Assembly (NCBI RefSeq): GCF_006345805.1
Contig: NC_043009.1
Coordinates: 25,544,001 to 25,608,000, forward strand
Source of the DNA: Octopus sinensis
Lineage: Eukaryota
Length of the DNA: 64,000 nt
Reading direction: 5' to 3'
Positions 50,336 through 63,302 of the stretch are shown one piece after another (position 1 is the first letter of the stretch; each line of letters starts with the position of its first letter). A model generated the notes under the pieces. It had not been told where the DNA came from, did no database searches, and saw nothing but the letters and a program-made list of their open reading frames with translations. Made by a program: the position numbers and the translations under genes.

Positions 50336-50780
50336 GGGCAGCAAGCTGGCAGAAAAGTTAGCCCACCAGGTGAAATGTGTAGCCGTATTTCGTCTGCTGA
50401 TACGTTCTGAGTTCAAATTCCGTCGAGGTCAACTTTGTCTTTCATCCTTTTGGGGTCGATAAATTATGTACAAGTTACACACTGGGGTTGAAGTAATCGA
50501 TTTAATCCTTTTGTCTGTCCTTGTTTGTCCCCTCTATGTTTAGCCCCTTGTGAGCAATAAAGAAATAAGAATTGTTAGCACGCCGGGCAAAATGCGTAGC
50601 CTTATTTTGTCTGCTGTTACGTTCTGGGTTCAATTTCCGCTGTGGTCGACTTTCCCTTTCATCCTTTCGGGGTCGATTAATTAAGTACCAGTTATGCACT
50701 GGGGTCGATGTAATCGACTTAATCCCTTTGTCTGTCCTTGTTTGTCCCCTCCGTTTAGCCCCTTGTGGGCAACAAAAGAT
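50336..50780 (+). mobile_element. SINE (head GGC(G/A)GCAAGCTGGCAGAA) with an internally duplicated body
   Basis: ttctgagttcaaattccg B-box-like motif; body repeated twice; relatives at about 52569-52960 (+), 5560-5760 (-), 21690-21845 (-) and 22690-22880 (-). Confidence 0.75.
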
Positions 50781-51176
50781 AAATATGTTACCCTTTATAG
50801 CGTTGTCAAAGATTTAAAAATGAAGCTATTAAAAAAAGTCTTTCCGTTGTTTGTAATGATCAAAGCTCCAATTGATCCCATCAACAAAATAGCCTGTTCA
50901 CGAAATTCACATGAAAGTGGCTGAGGACTCCACAGACACGCATACCCTTGGCATTGTTCTCAGTATGATACAGGATGTGACAAGGCTGGCTCTTTAAATT
51001 ACAGGTACAACTCATTTTTGCCAGCTGAGTGAACTGGAGCAATATGAAATAAAGTATGTTGCTCAAGGACACAGTGCACTGGTGTGAATCGAACTGATGA
51101 TCTTATGATCATGAACCAAATATCCAAATCATAAACACCAAGTCACATGCCTAATGTCTAATTTTTTAATTAATAA

Positions 51177-51218
<42 letters not shown>

Positions 51219-51686
51219 TGTGGTAAGTAGCTTGCTTACCAACCACATGGTTCCAGATTCAGTCCCACTGTGTGGCACCTTGGGCAAGTGTCTTCTACTA
51301 TAGCCTCGGGCCAACTAAAGCCTTGTGAGTGGATTTGAATGATGGAAACTGAAAGAAACCTGTCGCATATATATATGTGTGTGTGTGCGCGCACGCATGT
51401 GGGCGTGTGTGTGTGTGTGTGTTTGTCCCCCCCACACACACACACACCATCGCTTGACAACCAATGTTGGTGTGTTTACAGTCCCTGTAACTTAGCACTT
51501 CGGCTAAAGAGACTGATAGAATAAGTACTAGGCTTACAAAGAATATGTCCTGGGGTTGATTTGTTCAACTAAAGGCGGTGCTATATCATGGCCGTAGTCA
51601 AATGACTGAAACAAGTAAAATCATTTATTTATTTACTTATTCATTTATACACATACATGTGTGTGTATTTAAATATTTATACATAC

Positions 51687-51809
51687 CTCTGTTTCATTTT
51701 CTGTAATGCTTTTAAAAGTGTCTGTAACTCTTTTTGCAATATCGCGAAATTGTGAAGAATTAGTTTTATTGGACATGCTTTCAATTTCTTTCTGGAGTTG
51801 CTTGGATAC
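51687..51809 (-). CDS. Polycystin-1-like exon (VSKQLQKEIESMSNKTNSSQFRDIAKRVTDTFKSITENETE)
   Basis: tgtgcag acceptor, gtatgt donor, 123 bp, phase 0/0, open frame; helical GAIN-A/REJ-like composition. Confidence 0.6.
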
Positions 51810-51882
51810 CTGCACACAAAACAAAAAAGATAAAGCACTTGTTTAATTATGAATAAGATTTGTCTGTTTGTTTGTCTGTCCT

Positions 51883-51954
<72 letters not shown>

Positions 51955-53491
51955 TTCTCACCAAGCATGCATGCGCGCTTGTGTGTGCATATCAATATAT
52001 ATATATATATATAAAACAAAGGTTGGGTGTTACCGCATGAGTAAAAAGATAAGGAAATGAATCTGAAAATACATGGAACAAAGAAATGAAGAAAGACCTC
52101 AAAATATTGAGTCTTGCAGGAGGAGGAGGTGAAGGATTGAGATTATTGGCGATTTTGCTGTTGGCTGTGGAGACCCATTCTCCACTACAAAGATGTCCTA
52201 AAAACATTCTGTGTATGCTTGTAATCCATTCTGCCTCATCATGATATCTTTCCCTGATACCATTACCTAGAAACCATTCCCTGAACTCTCTTACCCAATC
52301 ACTTTTCTGTCTATAGCACTGCTTGGTGGTTGTAGACACTTGCAAACAGAAATGGCACATATTACTCCATTCCCACATTTCTTTTGCACTAACAGTACCT
52401 CATTCTTCACCCTTGGGCCTTCTTATCAACCTTCCTTACTTCCCCACATTATTTTCGCTAAACACTCCCTTTGTATGCCCTGAGATAGCTCTCCCCTCCC
52501 CCATACTTCATCTCATCACCTCACATATCTACTATTATTCTCAACATGTTCTAATATCCATTATCATAAGGCGGCAAGCTGGCAGAATCGCTTGCACGCC
52601 GGGCAAAATGCTTAGCAGTATTTCGTCTGCTGCTACGTTCTGAGTTCAAATTCCGCCGAGGTCCACTTTGCCTTCCATCCTTTCAGAGTCGATAAATTAA
52701 GTATCAGTTATGCACTGGGGTCGATATAATCAACTTAATCCGTCTGTCTGTCCTTGTTTGTCTTTGCTGTGTTTAGCCCCTTGTGGGTAGTAAAGAAATA
52801 GGTATTTCATCTGTCTTTACGTTCTTAGTTCAAATTCTGCCAAGGTTGAATTTGCCTTTCATTCTTTCGGGGTCAATAAATTAAGTACTAGTTGCATACT
52901 AGGGTCTATCTAATCGACTGGCACTCTCCCCCAAAATTTCGGGCCTTGTGCCTAGAGTAGAAAAGAAAAGAAAGAAATATCCATTATCATGCCCACAAAC
53001 TATACACTTCCTTATATACCTTCACATCTCCCTCTCCGTCACTCTTACACCTTACAAATCATCATCCTACCTAAGCCATTACTATCTCTCACACCTTACC
53101 CCCTCCTTTTGTAATCATTGGTTACAAAACTGAATCAAACTGTTTTAATTAAAATGTGTGCGCACGTATGTGTGTGTGTATATATTTGGAGGGAAGCTAT
53201 GGAAGAGGTAGACCTTGGAAGACATGGGACAAGGGGCGGAAGCATGATGTTCAGGTGTTGAATCTCCCGGAGTGGATCAAGACCTTTTGCGATTTACTGT
53301 GCTTCAGAAGACATGTCAAGCCTAGTGAAATCATAGCCAGCGACATGCAGGAGGCATTCACCACACTCTGTGGAGGGATTGGCATTAGGAAGGGCATCCA
53401 GCTGTAGAAACCGAGCCAAATCAGACTGGGGCTCCCCGGATTATTGGTCCCAGTCTAACCCATGCCAGCATGGAAAACAGACTCTAAAGCA

Positions 53492-53712
53492 CGATGATGA
53501 TGATGATGAAGACGATGATGATGATGATGGTGATGGTGATGGTGATGATGATGGTGATGATGATGATGATGATGATGATGATGACTATGACGATGATGAT
53601 GATGAGGAGGACAACGATGACGATGATGATAATGATGATGAAGATGATGATGACGATAATGATGACGATGACGATGATGATGATGATGATGATGATGATG
53701 TTGATGATGATA
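53492..53712. repeat. (GAT)n-type degenerate microsatellite at the tail of an RTE/SINE relic
   Basis: Direct inspection; decayed RTE 3' fragment at about 53180-53490. Confidence 0.9.
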
Positions 53713-53767
53713 TGTTCCAAAATTTTAACAGAAACCCAACAAAGGAACAAATGGAAAATTCACATAC

Positions 53768-53813
53768 AAGACAGGACGTTGCTAATTCCTCGTCAGTTAA
53801 TGTAGTAAAGTGC
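53768..53813 (-). CDS. Polycystin-1-like gene, candidate upstream exon (HFTTLTDEELATSCL)
   Basis: ttttaag acceptor and gtatgt donor; 46 bp ending in phase 0, compatible with the next exon; no family motif. Confidence 0.4.
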
Positions 53814-54254
53814 CTTAAAATTTCACTTCTTTAATGACAATATTGTTCACCTGACCACCTCTTGACAACCAGTGTTGGTGTGTTTATGTCCACGTGACTT
53901 AGTGCTTTGACCAAAGGGACTAATGGAATAAGGTGTGGGACTGATTTGTTCAACTAAAAATTCTTCAAGGTGGTGATCCAGCTTGGCCTTCAGTCTATTG
54001 ACTGAAACAAGTATTCTTTTATTCTTCTACTTGTTTCAGTCATTTGACTACGGCCATGTTGGAGCACCACATATAGTCGAACAAATCAACCCCAGGACTT
54101 ATTCTTTGTAAGCCTAGTACTTATTGTATCGGTCTCTTTTGCCAAACCGCTAAGTTATGGGGATGTAAACACCAATATTGGTTGTCAAATGATGGTGGGA
54201 GAACAAATACAGACACACGAACACACACACACAAACACATGTATATGTGTGTAT

Positions 54255-56362
54255 ATCATCATCATCATCATCATCATCATTTAACGTCCGCTTTCCATGC
54301 TAGCATGGGTTGGACGGTTCAACTGGGGTCTGGGGAGCCCGAAGGCTGCACCAAGCCAGTCAGATCCTAACGCCAACCACTCCGAGAGTGTAGTGGGTGA
54401 TTTTATGTGCCACCGACACAGGTGCCAGATGAGGCTGGCGAACGTCCACGCTCGGATGGTGTTTTTTATGTGCCACCGACACAGGTGCCAGACGAGGCTG
54501 GCAGACGGCCACGCTCGGATGGTGTTTTTATGTGCCACCGACACAGGTGCCAGATGAGGCTGGCGAACGGCCACGATCGGATGGTGTTTGTTACGTGCCC
54601 ACAGCACGGAGGCCAGTCGATGCGGTACTGGCTACGGCCACGTTCGGATGGTTTTCTTGTGTGCCACCGGCACTTGTACCACAAAGATACAAATTCCATT
54701 GATGTTCATCTATTTTGATTTGTTTTGATTTTGATTTTCACTTGCCTCAACAGGTCTTCACAAGTGTCACAAGAAGGAAGGAATGCACAGGTGGACTGAC
54801 TACGTCCCAGGTAGGGGCCACGGGTTATGGCCTGACTAGTCTTGCCGGGTCTTCGGATGGTGTTTTTATGTGCCACCGATACAGGTGCCAGATGAGGCTG
54901 TCGAACGGCCACGATCGGATGGTGTTTGTTACGTGCCCACAGCACGGAGGCCAGTCGATGTGTTACTGGCTACGGCCACGTTCGGATGGTTTTCTTGTGT
55001 GCCACCAGCACTGGTACCACAAAGATACAAATTCCATTGATGTTCATCTATTTTGATTTGTTTTGATTTGATTTTCACTTGCCTCAACAGGTCTTCACAA
55101 GTGTCACAAGAAGGAAGGTATGCACAGGTGGACTGACCCCGTCCCAGGTAGGGGCCATGGGTTATGGCCTGACTAGTCTTGCCGGGTCTTCGGATGGTGT
55201 TTTTATGTGCCACCGACACAGGTGCCAGATGAGGCTGGTGAATGGCCACGATCGGATGGTGTTTGTTACGTGCCCACAGCACGGAGGCCAGTCGATGCGG
55301 TACTGGCTATGGCCACGTTCGGATGGTTTTCTTGTGTGCCACCGGCACTGGTACCACAAAGATACAAATTCCATTGATGTTCATCTATTTTGATTTGTTT
55401 TGATTTGATTTGATTTTCACTTGCCTCAACAGGTCTTCACAAGTGTCACAAGAAGGAAGGAATGCACAAGTGGACTGACTACGTCCCAGGTAGGGGCCAC
55501 GGGTTATGGCCTGACTAGTCTTGCTGGGTCTTCTCACGCACAGCATACTTCCATAGGTCTCGGTCTCTAGTCATTTCCTTGGTGAGACCTAAAGTTCGAA
55601 GGTTGTGCTTCACCACCTCGTCCCAGGTTTTCCTGGGTCTGCCTCTTCCACAGGTTCCCTCAACTGCTAGGGTGTAGCACTTTTGCACACAACTATCTTC
55701 AGCCATTCTCGTCACTTGACCATACCAGCGCAGCCGTCTCTCTTACACACCACAACTGACGCTTCTTAGGTTCAACTTTTCTCTCAAGGTACTTACACTC
55801 TGACGATTATGAACACTGACATTACACATCCATCGGAGCATACTGGCTTCATTTCTTGCAAGCTTACGCATATCCTCAGCAGTCACGGCCCATGTTTCAC
55901 TACCATGTAACATGGCTGTACGTACACATGCATCATACAGTCTGCCTTTTACTCTGTGCGAGAGGCCTTTTGTCACCAGCAGGGGTAAGAGCTCTCTAAA
56001 CTTTGCCCAGGCTATTCTTACTCTAGCAGTTACACTTTCAGCACACCCACCCCCGCTACTGACTTGGTCTCCTAGGTAGCGGAAGCTATCAACTACTTCT
56101 AGTTTGTCTCCCTGGAACGTGGTAGAAGTTGGTCTCTGCACATTTCCAGTGTTTATTGCTCCTGAGCATCTGCCACAGACAAAAACTATTTTCCTAGTTA
56201 GCCTTCCTTTGACATTGCTGCACCTCTTATGTGTCCATAGCTTACACTGGTGCACCTTATAGAGTTTCAACCTACACCTTTTTTACAGATCGAGCAGGGC
56301 CATCTACCTGAAGTCGTTTGTGATTAGTCCACCTTCCTACTTATTAGGACTTTGGTTTTGGC
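54255..56362 (-). mobile_element. 5'-truncated RTE LINE, same family as 16044-19743, with a triplicated 3' UTR segment
   Basis: ORFs 55743..56270 and 55515..55715 nearly identical to 17057..17635; UTR continues to a (GAT)n tail at 54255. Confidence 0.92.
54516..55532. repeat. Three tandem copies of a unit of about 340 bp
   Basis: cggatggtgtttttatgtgccaccga at 54516, 54854 and 55191; gtctt|cggatgg junctions. Confidence 0.9.
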
Positions 56363-56439
<77 letters not shown>

Positions 56440-56793
56440 TATATGTATATGTGTATATATATATCGCTGTGTTCACCATGACCAACCAGGCTATCAAATG
56501 TTGCTACATACCGCTGATCACAATGCGCTTCGCATTGTTTTAGCCTTCAAATGACGCCACCCTGCTGGCTAAGCGAGCAGGCCAACAGAAGAAAGGGTGA
56601 GAAAAGGTTGTGGTGAAAGAGTACAGCAGGGATCACCACCACCACCCTGCCAGAGCCTTGTGGATCTTTAGGTGTTTTCGCTCAATAAACATATATATAT
56701 ATACGTATATACAACACTCACAACAAATGGGAATCGAAACCGCGATCCTATGACCGCAAGTCCGCTGCCCTAACCACAGGGCCATTGCGCCTC

Positions 56794-56828
<35 letters not shown>

Positions 56829-56849
56829 TTATATGTATTTATATATATG

Positions 56850-56890
<41 letters not shown>

Positions 56891-57094
56891 CACATATGTT
56901 CTCTCTCTCTCTCTCACTCTCTCATTCATCTACAAGCTGTAGTCCCGAGAGCAGATAAGTTGAATGCTTAACTTTCACTTCGGCTAACATTTATTTATGT
57001 TTCTCTATCTGTCTAACTATTTATCAAATTTCTCTATCTATCTAATTTCTCTATCTATCTATCTATCTATCTTTCGTCTAAAATCAAACTTCGT

Positions 57095-57600
57095 ATCTTC
57101 GCGGTGCACCCGCCCTGCCCACCCCCACCACCAATACCGGATATCTCTATATTTTGCTCCATCTATACCGGATGTCGCTTCTCCCACCACCATTATAGGT
57201 GTCTACTCTTCGAACCCCCCTCTTCAATACGCTATTTCACCATGCATTACCTCTCTCTCGATATCCTACGTTCTACTTGCCTAGAACCTGTCATCATTTC
57301 TCTGAACCACCCCTCCCCACTGGTGCTCCCCTATATTTCTGCACCCCCCCCCCACATAAAAAGCACCATCCGAACGTGGCCGATGCCAAACCCCTCTGGC
57401 ACCTGTGCAGGTGGCACGTAAAAACACCCACTACACTCGCGGAGTGGTTGGTGTTAGGAAGGGCATCCAGCTGTAGAAATACTGCCAGACTAGACTGGAG
57501 CCTGGGGCAGTCCCGAGCTCCCCAGACCCCGGTCGAAACCGTCCAACCCGTGCTAGCGCGGAAAACGGACGTTAAACGATGATGATGATGATGATGATAT
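57095..57600 (+). repeat. Composite repeat homologous to about 2895-3705 but with a single 157-bp unit
   Basis: Same flanks (cttcgcgg..cccgcc..caccaataccggatatctc and aaaaagcaccatcc...gttaaacgatgatg). Confidence 0.85.
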
Positions 57601-57601
57601 A

Positions 57602-59933
57602 CTAGCTGAAGGTGACCCGCTCGACGCGCGGGTAAGAGTGTGGTTGTTACTTTCTGTTGCTTCCTTTCAGCACGTAAAAAGCACCATCCGAACGTGGCCG
57701 ATTGCAGCGCCGCCTTGACTGCCTTCGGTGCCGGTGGCACGTAAAAAGCACCAACTGATCGTGACCGCTGCCAGCCCCCCTGGCACCTGTGCCGGCAGCA
57801 CGAAAAAAGCACCCACTACGCTCACAGAGTGGTTGGCGTTAGGAAGGGCATCCAGCTGTAGAAACACTGCCAGATCAGACTGGAGCCTGGTGCAACCTCC
57901 TGGATTCCCAGACCCCGATCAAACTGTTCAACACGTGCTAGCACAGAAAACGGACATTAAACGACGATGATGATGATTCTCCCTCTTTGTTTCTCTCTCC
58001 CTTCTCTCTGACTTTCCCCACTCTCTTACTCTTCCTTTCTCTCAGACTCTCCCTCGCTTTCTCTTACTATCTATCTTTATCTATCTCTCTCCCAGTTATA
58101 AACAACAAAAGATCTTGAGTAAGTTGAGAAATAAAATATTTAGAAAGATCAAACATAAATATCAGGCAGTAACAACGGAAAGGTCTGCTTCAAGGCAGAC
58201 AGCAAAACACTAACATTTAAAAGGGACAGACGAACTTGCGAGCTGAATAAAAATAATCAAATATTGGAAACCAAAGTTTGAAGGGATAGAATCTGAGGAT
58301 AGTAGAGTCACCATGGCTAGCATTTCTTAACGACGGACAGCAACGTTTTGACAGTTTAACGGCTGGCGTAAAATTTTGAACTTGATGTAAATGAAAATTC
58401 GTAAACACCAAGTTTTGAAGTGATTCTTTCTCACGACAGTAGACTCACCATGGCAAGGATTCAAAACTTCTTCATCATGGACGGTAACACATTGACGATT
58501 ATAAGGCTGGCGCAAATTTTTTAGCTTGATGTAACAGAGAATTCCTAAACACCCTTGAAATTTTAATCCCCTTCCAGCCCCATTTAGACCCCTTTCACAT
58601 TTTGGTTAATATAACCCGATTTCATTCGTGTCTACTGGGGCCACATTTTATAAGATAAGGAATTTTGTCCTAGATGTCACGCGTTTCATTTGAGGAAAAA
58701 AATAGTTGTCATGCAAACTTGCCAGCACTTTTAACATAGGTGTGCATATTTTCAGCTCAAGCGACCACATAATGCACACATTATATATATATATGGCAAT
58801 CTTACGGTTCTAGTATACTTTTCCATCGATTTCCGTAGAAAACTTTAATTTTTTTACACATGGTCTTGCGGCAACTTTTGAAGTAATGAGAGTGAAAGAG
58901 ACTAAGAGAAAACGATTGTATGACGAGGGAAGTTCTTTTGAAGTTACCGTGCATGGGAGCATTGATGTACATGTGTGTATGTGTTTGATGGGGTGTGGGA
59001 GACAGAACGTATGTTGTGTAAGTGAAGTGCTTCTGTTAGTGTGTGTGAAGAGACAGAGAGAATAATGTGTGAAAGAGAGAGATAACTGAAATTTTTTACT
59101 CGGTTTTTGTAGTGCGTGCGTGTGTATGCATGTATGTGTATATGTATGCATGTATGTGTGTGTGTATGTATCTATGTATGTGTGTGTGTGTATGTATATG
59201 TATGTATGTGTCTGAATGTATGTGTGTATGTATGTGTGTGTGTATGTATGTATTTCCATTGAGTCAACCTCATTATTTTCTACATAGCAGACCATTACAT
59301 AAACAGGCAAAGGTACATACATACATACACACTCACACATACATACACACACATACACACATACATACACACATACATACGCACACACATACATAGATAC
59401 ATACACACACACATACATGCATACACACGCACGCACTACAAAAACCGAGTAAAAAATTTCAGTTATCTCTCCTTCACACAGACAGATACATAAAAGAAGG
59501 CCGTTTGTATGAAATAGAGTGAGTATTGTGTGTTTGTGGTGGTGGTGGTGGCGATGATAATTACCATTAGGAAAAAGAGTGAGTGAGTGAGTGAGGAAGA
59601 CATATACATAAGTTGTGACGATGATAATTCTCCCTATGAATGCAGACAGATACATCAAAGAACGGCGCTGACGAACTTTACATTAAATAACGGGAGTGGA
59701 CTTGTCAAAGTTATATATGAAGGGGAGTGAGAGGGGAATGTAGGAAATAGCGTGAGTGAGGAAGATGGCCCCTAGCAACCACACCTTTTAAGATAGGGAT
59801 TTCTAAGGTAGCCCACGGGCATCGTCACCTCATTCTTCATGTCCCAGTAAATTTTGGAGCGAATCGGACGGGACATAGTGGCATTGAAAGCGATCCAAGC
59901 GGTAAAAACACATTTCAGTTTTATATATAGAGA
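57602..59933 (-). mobile_element. Non-autonomous Helitron, unit 1 of a head-to-tail dimer
   Basis: Minus-strand 5' TCTCTATATATAAAACTGAAATG at 59933; 3' hairpin cccgcgcgtcgagcggg plus CTAG|T at 57602; carries a captured RTE-tail/SINE at about 57655-57980. Confidence 0.87.
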
Positions 59934-61991
59934 CTAGCTGAAGGTGACCCACTCTACGCGCGGGTAAGAGTGTGGTTGTTACTTTCTGTTGCTTCCTTTC
60001 AGCACGTAAAAAGCACCATCCGAACGTGGCCGATTGCAGCGCCGCCTTGACTGCCTTCGGTGCCGGTGGCATGTAAAAAGTACCAACCGATCGTGACCGC
60101 TGCCAGCCCCCCTGGCACCTGTGCCGGCAGCACGAAAAAAGCAACCACTACACTCACAGAGTGGTTGGCGTTAGGAAGGGAATCCAGCTGTAGAAACACT
60201 GCCCGATCAGACTGGAGCCTGGTGTAACCTCCTGGCTTCCCAGACCCCGGTCACACTGTCCAACCCGTGCTAGCACGGAAAACGGACGTTAAACGATGAT
60301 GATGATGATGATTCTCCCTCTTTGTTTCTCTCTCCTTTCTCTCTCACTTTCCCACTCTCTTACTTTTCTTTTCTCTCGGACTCTCCCTCGCTTTCTCTTA
60401 CTCTCTATCTTTATCTATCTCTCTCCCAGTTATAAACAACAAAAGATCTTGAGTAAGTTGAGAAATAAAATATTTAGAAAGATCAATCATAAATATCTGG
60501 CAGTGGCAACGGAAAGGTCTGCTTCAAGGCAGACAGCAAAACACTAACATTTAAAAGGGACAGACGAACTTGCGAGCTGAATAAAAATAATCAAATATTG
60601 GAAACCAAAGTTTGAAGGGATAGAATCTGAGGATAGTAGAGTCACCATGGCTAGCATTTCTTAACGACGGACAGCAACGTTTTGACAGTTTAACGGCTGG
60701 CGTAAAATTTTGAACTTGATGTAAAAGAAAATTCATAAACTCCAATTTTTGAAGTGATTCTTTCTCACGACAGTAGACTCATCATGGCAAGCATTCAAAA
60801 CTTCTTTATCATGGACGGCAACACATTGACGATTATAAGGCTGGCGCAAATTTTTTAGCTTGATGTACCAGAGAATTCCTAAACACCCGCTCCTTGAAAT
60901 TTTAATCCCCTTCCAGCCCCATTTAGACCCCTTTTCACATTTTGGTTAATATAACCCGATTTTATTCGGGTCTGCTGGGGCCACATTTTATAAGATGAGG
61001 AATTTTGTCCTAGAGGTGACGCCTTTCATTTGAGGAAAAAAATAGTTGTCATGCAAACTTGCCAGCACTTTTAACATAGGTGTGCATATTTTCAGCTGAA
61101 TCGACCGACTACGTAATGCACACATTATATATATATATGTATATATATGTGTGTGTGCACGCATTATATATACAAATGTATACAAATGAGAGATATATCT
61201 GTATAAATTAAATTAGAGATAAAACCACTAATAGGCAAATCAAACAGTGAAAAACCAAAAACAAAAATATTTTTAAAAAATATAATATATAAAATATATA
61301 AAATATAAAATTGAAAAATTTAAATTATTTAAATTGAAAATAAAAATTATTAAATTATATTTATAATTTGTTTAAAAATATATATTACTATGAAAAAGTA
61401 TGAAAAAGTTTAATATACATAAATACAGATATATACACTTTTTATATATACATTATATATACATATTTATATATAGAACACACACAGATACATTATATAT
61501 ACATATTTATATATAGAACACACACACACAGATACATTATATATACATATTTATATATAGAACACACACACACATATAAATGAACGCAAGAATATCTGAT
61601 TCATAATATTTGTTCTCATGCTCGTGTGTTGTTGGTGACAGACAGATACATAAAAGAACGCCGAAGTGATGGGAAGGTAAGAAACAGAGTGAGTGAAAAA
61701 GAGAGGAAATAGCGAGAGTGAGTTTATGAAGACAGATACTTTAAATAAGAGGAGTGGAATTGTCAAAGTTATAAATGAAGGGGAGTGTGAGGGTAATGGA
61801 GGAAATAGCGTGAGTGAGGAAGATGGTCCCTAGCAACCACACCTTTTAAGCCAGGGATTTCTAAGGTAGCCCACAGGCATCGTCACCTCATTCTACATGT
61901 CCCTGTAAATTTTGGAGCGAATCGGACGGGACATTGTGGCATTGAAAGCGATCCAAGCGGTAAAAACGCATTTCAGTTTTATATATAGAGA
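59934..61991 (-). mobile_element. Non-autonomous Helitron, unit 2 of the dimer
   Basis: A|TCTCTATATATAAAACTGAAATG at 61991; CTAG at 59934 abutting the TC of unit 1; about 1.2 kb and 0.4 kb colinear with unit 1. Confidence 0.87.
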
Positions 61992-62125
61992 TGATAACAA
62001 CTTAACAAATAAAACATATGCATACATACATACAGGCCTGTTTTTACGTTGTTAAAAAAAGTCCGTTTCCTTGTTTGCTTTTATGTTTTCGTTTCTCGTT
62101 GTGTTCTACGTTTATTTGTGGTGTC

Positions 62126-62211
<86 letters not shown>

Positions 62212-62333
62212 GCATGTATATATACATATAGATGTAGGTATGTACATATATATATGTATGTATGCATATGTTTTATTTGTTAAATTGTTATTATATGACT
62301 GAGCGCCTCGCGTCGTTTCTTATCCTCCAAGTA

Positions 62334-62391
<58 letters not shown>

Positions 62392-62733
62392 ATATGAATA
62401 AAAAATGGAGTTAACGCAGGTGTAAACAAATATTTTTACTTTCGACACATGTTTCGAAAATTCCACTGATACTATTCAAAAGAATAAATGGTATAAACAA
62501 TGCAATCTTCTCTTCGGGAAAGTGAAAAAAACGAAACTCGTCAATACAACATTTCAGCAAAAAATGATGGATTTGTATAGCGATAGACAGAACGCTATTA
62601 GTATTGTTTAAAAAAACGTTATATGATATAACGTCATAAGTAGCTAACAGAAAGAGTAGGGATATTAATAGTGAAGGTTAAATATAAAGGAAATTAAAGT
62701 TTAAATTATATATAATGATAGAGACTACTTACA

Positions 62734-63108
62734 TGCACTAAAAATTCTATATACCAGTGTATAATCAGTACTCGTAATAAAGTACGATTTTACATTGGAA
62801 GCACATCGTTAGAGTTATCTAAAAGAATTTCTATCCATTACTCAACATTTAGGGATAGAAATAAACGGAATAGTACCGGTCTCAGCAAACTGATTTGGGA
62901 TTTAAAAGACCACAATGAACAATTTCATTTAGAATGGTTGATCCTCTCAATTTCGATACCATATGACAAAGGCAAGAAATTCTGTCTTCTCTGCAATTCT
63001 GAGCTATTTTTCCTTATTTTTTCTAAAAATACTCTAGTAAACACGGTTATAGAGCGAGCATACAGATGTAAGCATTGGCAAAAACATACATTTAGTGCAT
63101 ATAAGTAG
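62734..63108 (+). pseudogene. GIY-YIG endonuclease reading frame (124 codons, no ATG, so absent from the ORF track), Neptune-like PLE C-terminal endonuclease
   Basis: Manual translation CTKNSIYQCIISTRNKVRFYIGSTSLELSKRISIHYSTFRDRNKRNSTGLSKLIWDLKD...WLIL...CLLCNSE...LVNTVIE..YRCKH...*; IY/YIG, R...H, ST.LS..IW.LK, C.LC..E, N and C.H motifs. Confidence 0.85.
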
Positions 63109-63302
63109 TCTCTATCATTATATATAATTTAAACTTTAATTTCCTTTATATTTAACATTCACTATTAATATCCCTACTCTTTCTGTTAGCTACTTATGAC
63201 GTTATATCATATAACGTTTTTTTAAACAATACTAATAGCGTTCTGTCTATCGCTATACAAATCCATCATTTTTTGCTAAAATGTTGTATTGACGAGTTTC
63301 GT

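Noticed and set aside
52060-52335. Possible additional exon or ORF 51992..52378
   Set aside because: No convincing donor in phase with the 51809 exon and no family motif; probably an old repeat fragment
58810-59658. 282-aa minus-strand ORF
   Set aside because: Mostly microsatellite-derived, lies inside a Helitron, no recognisable domain
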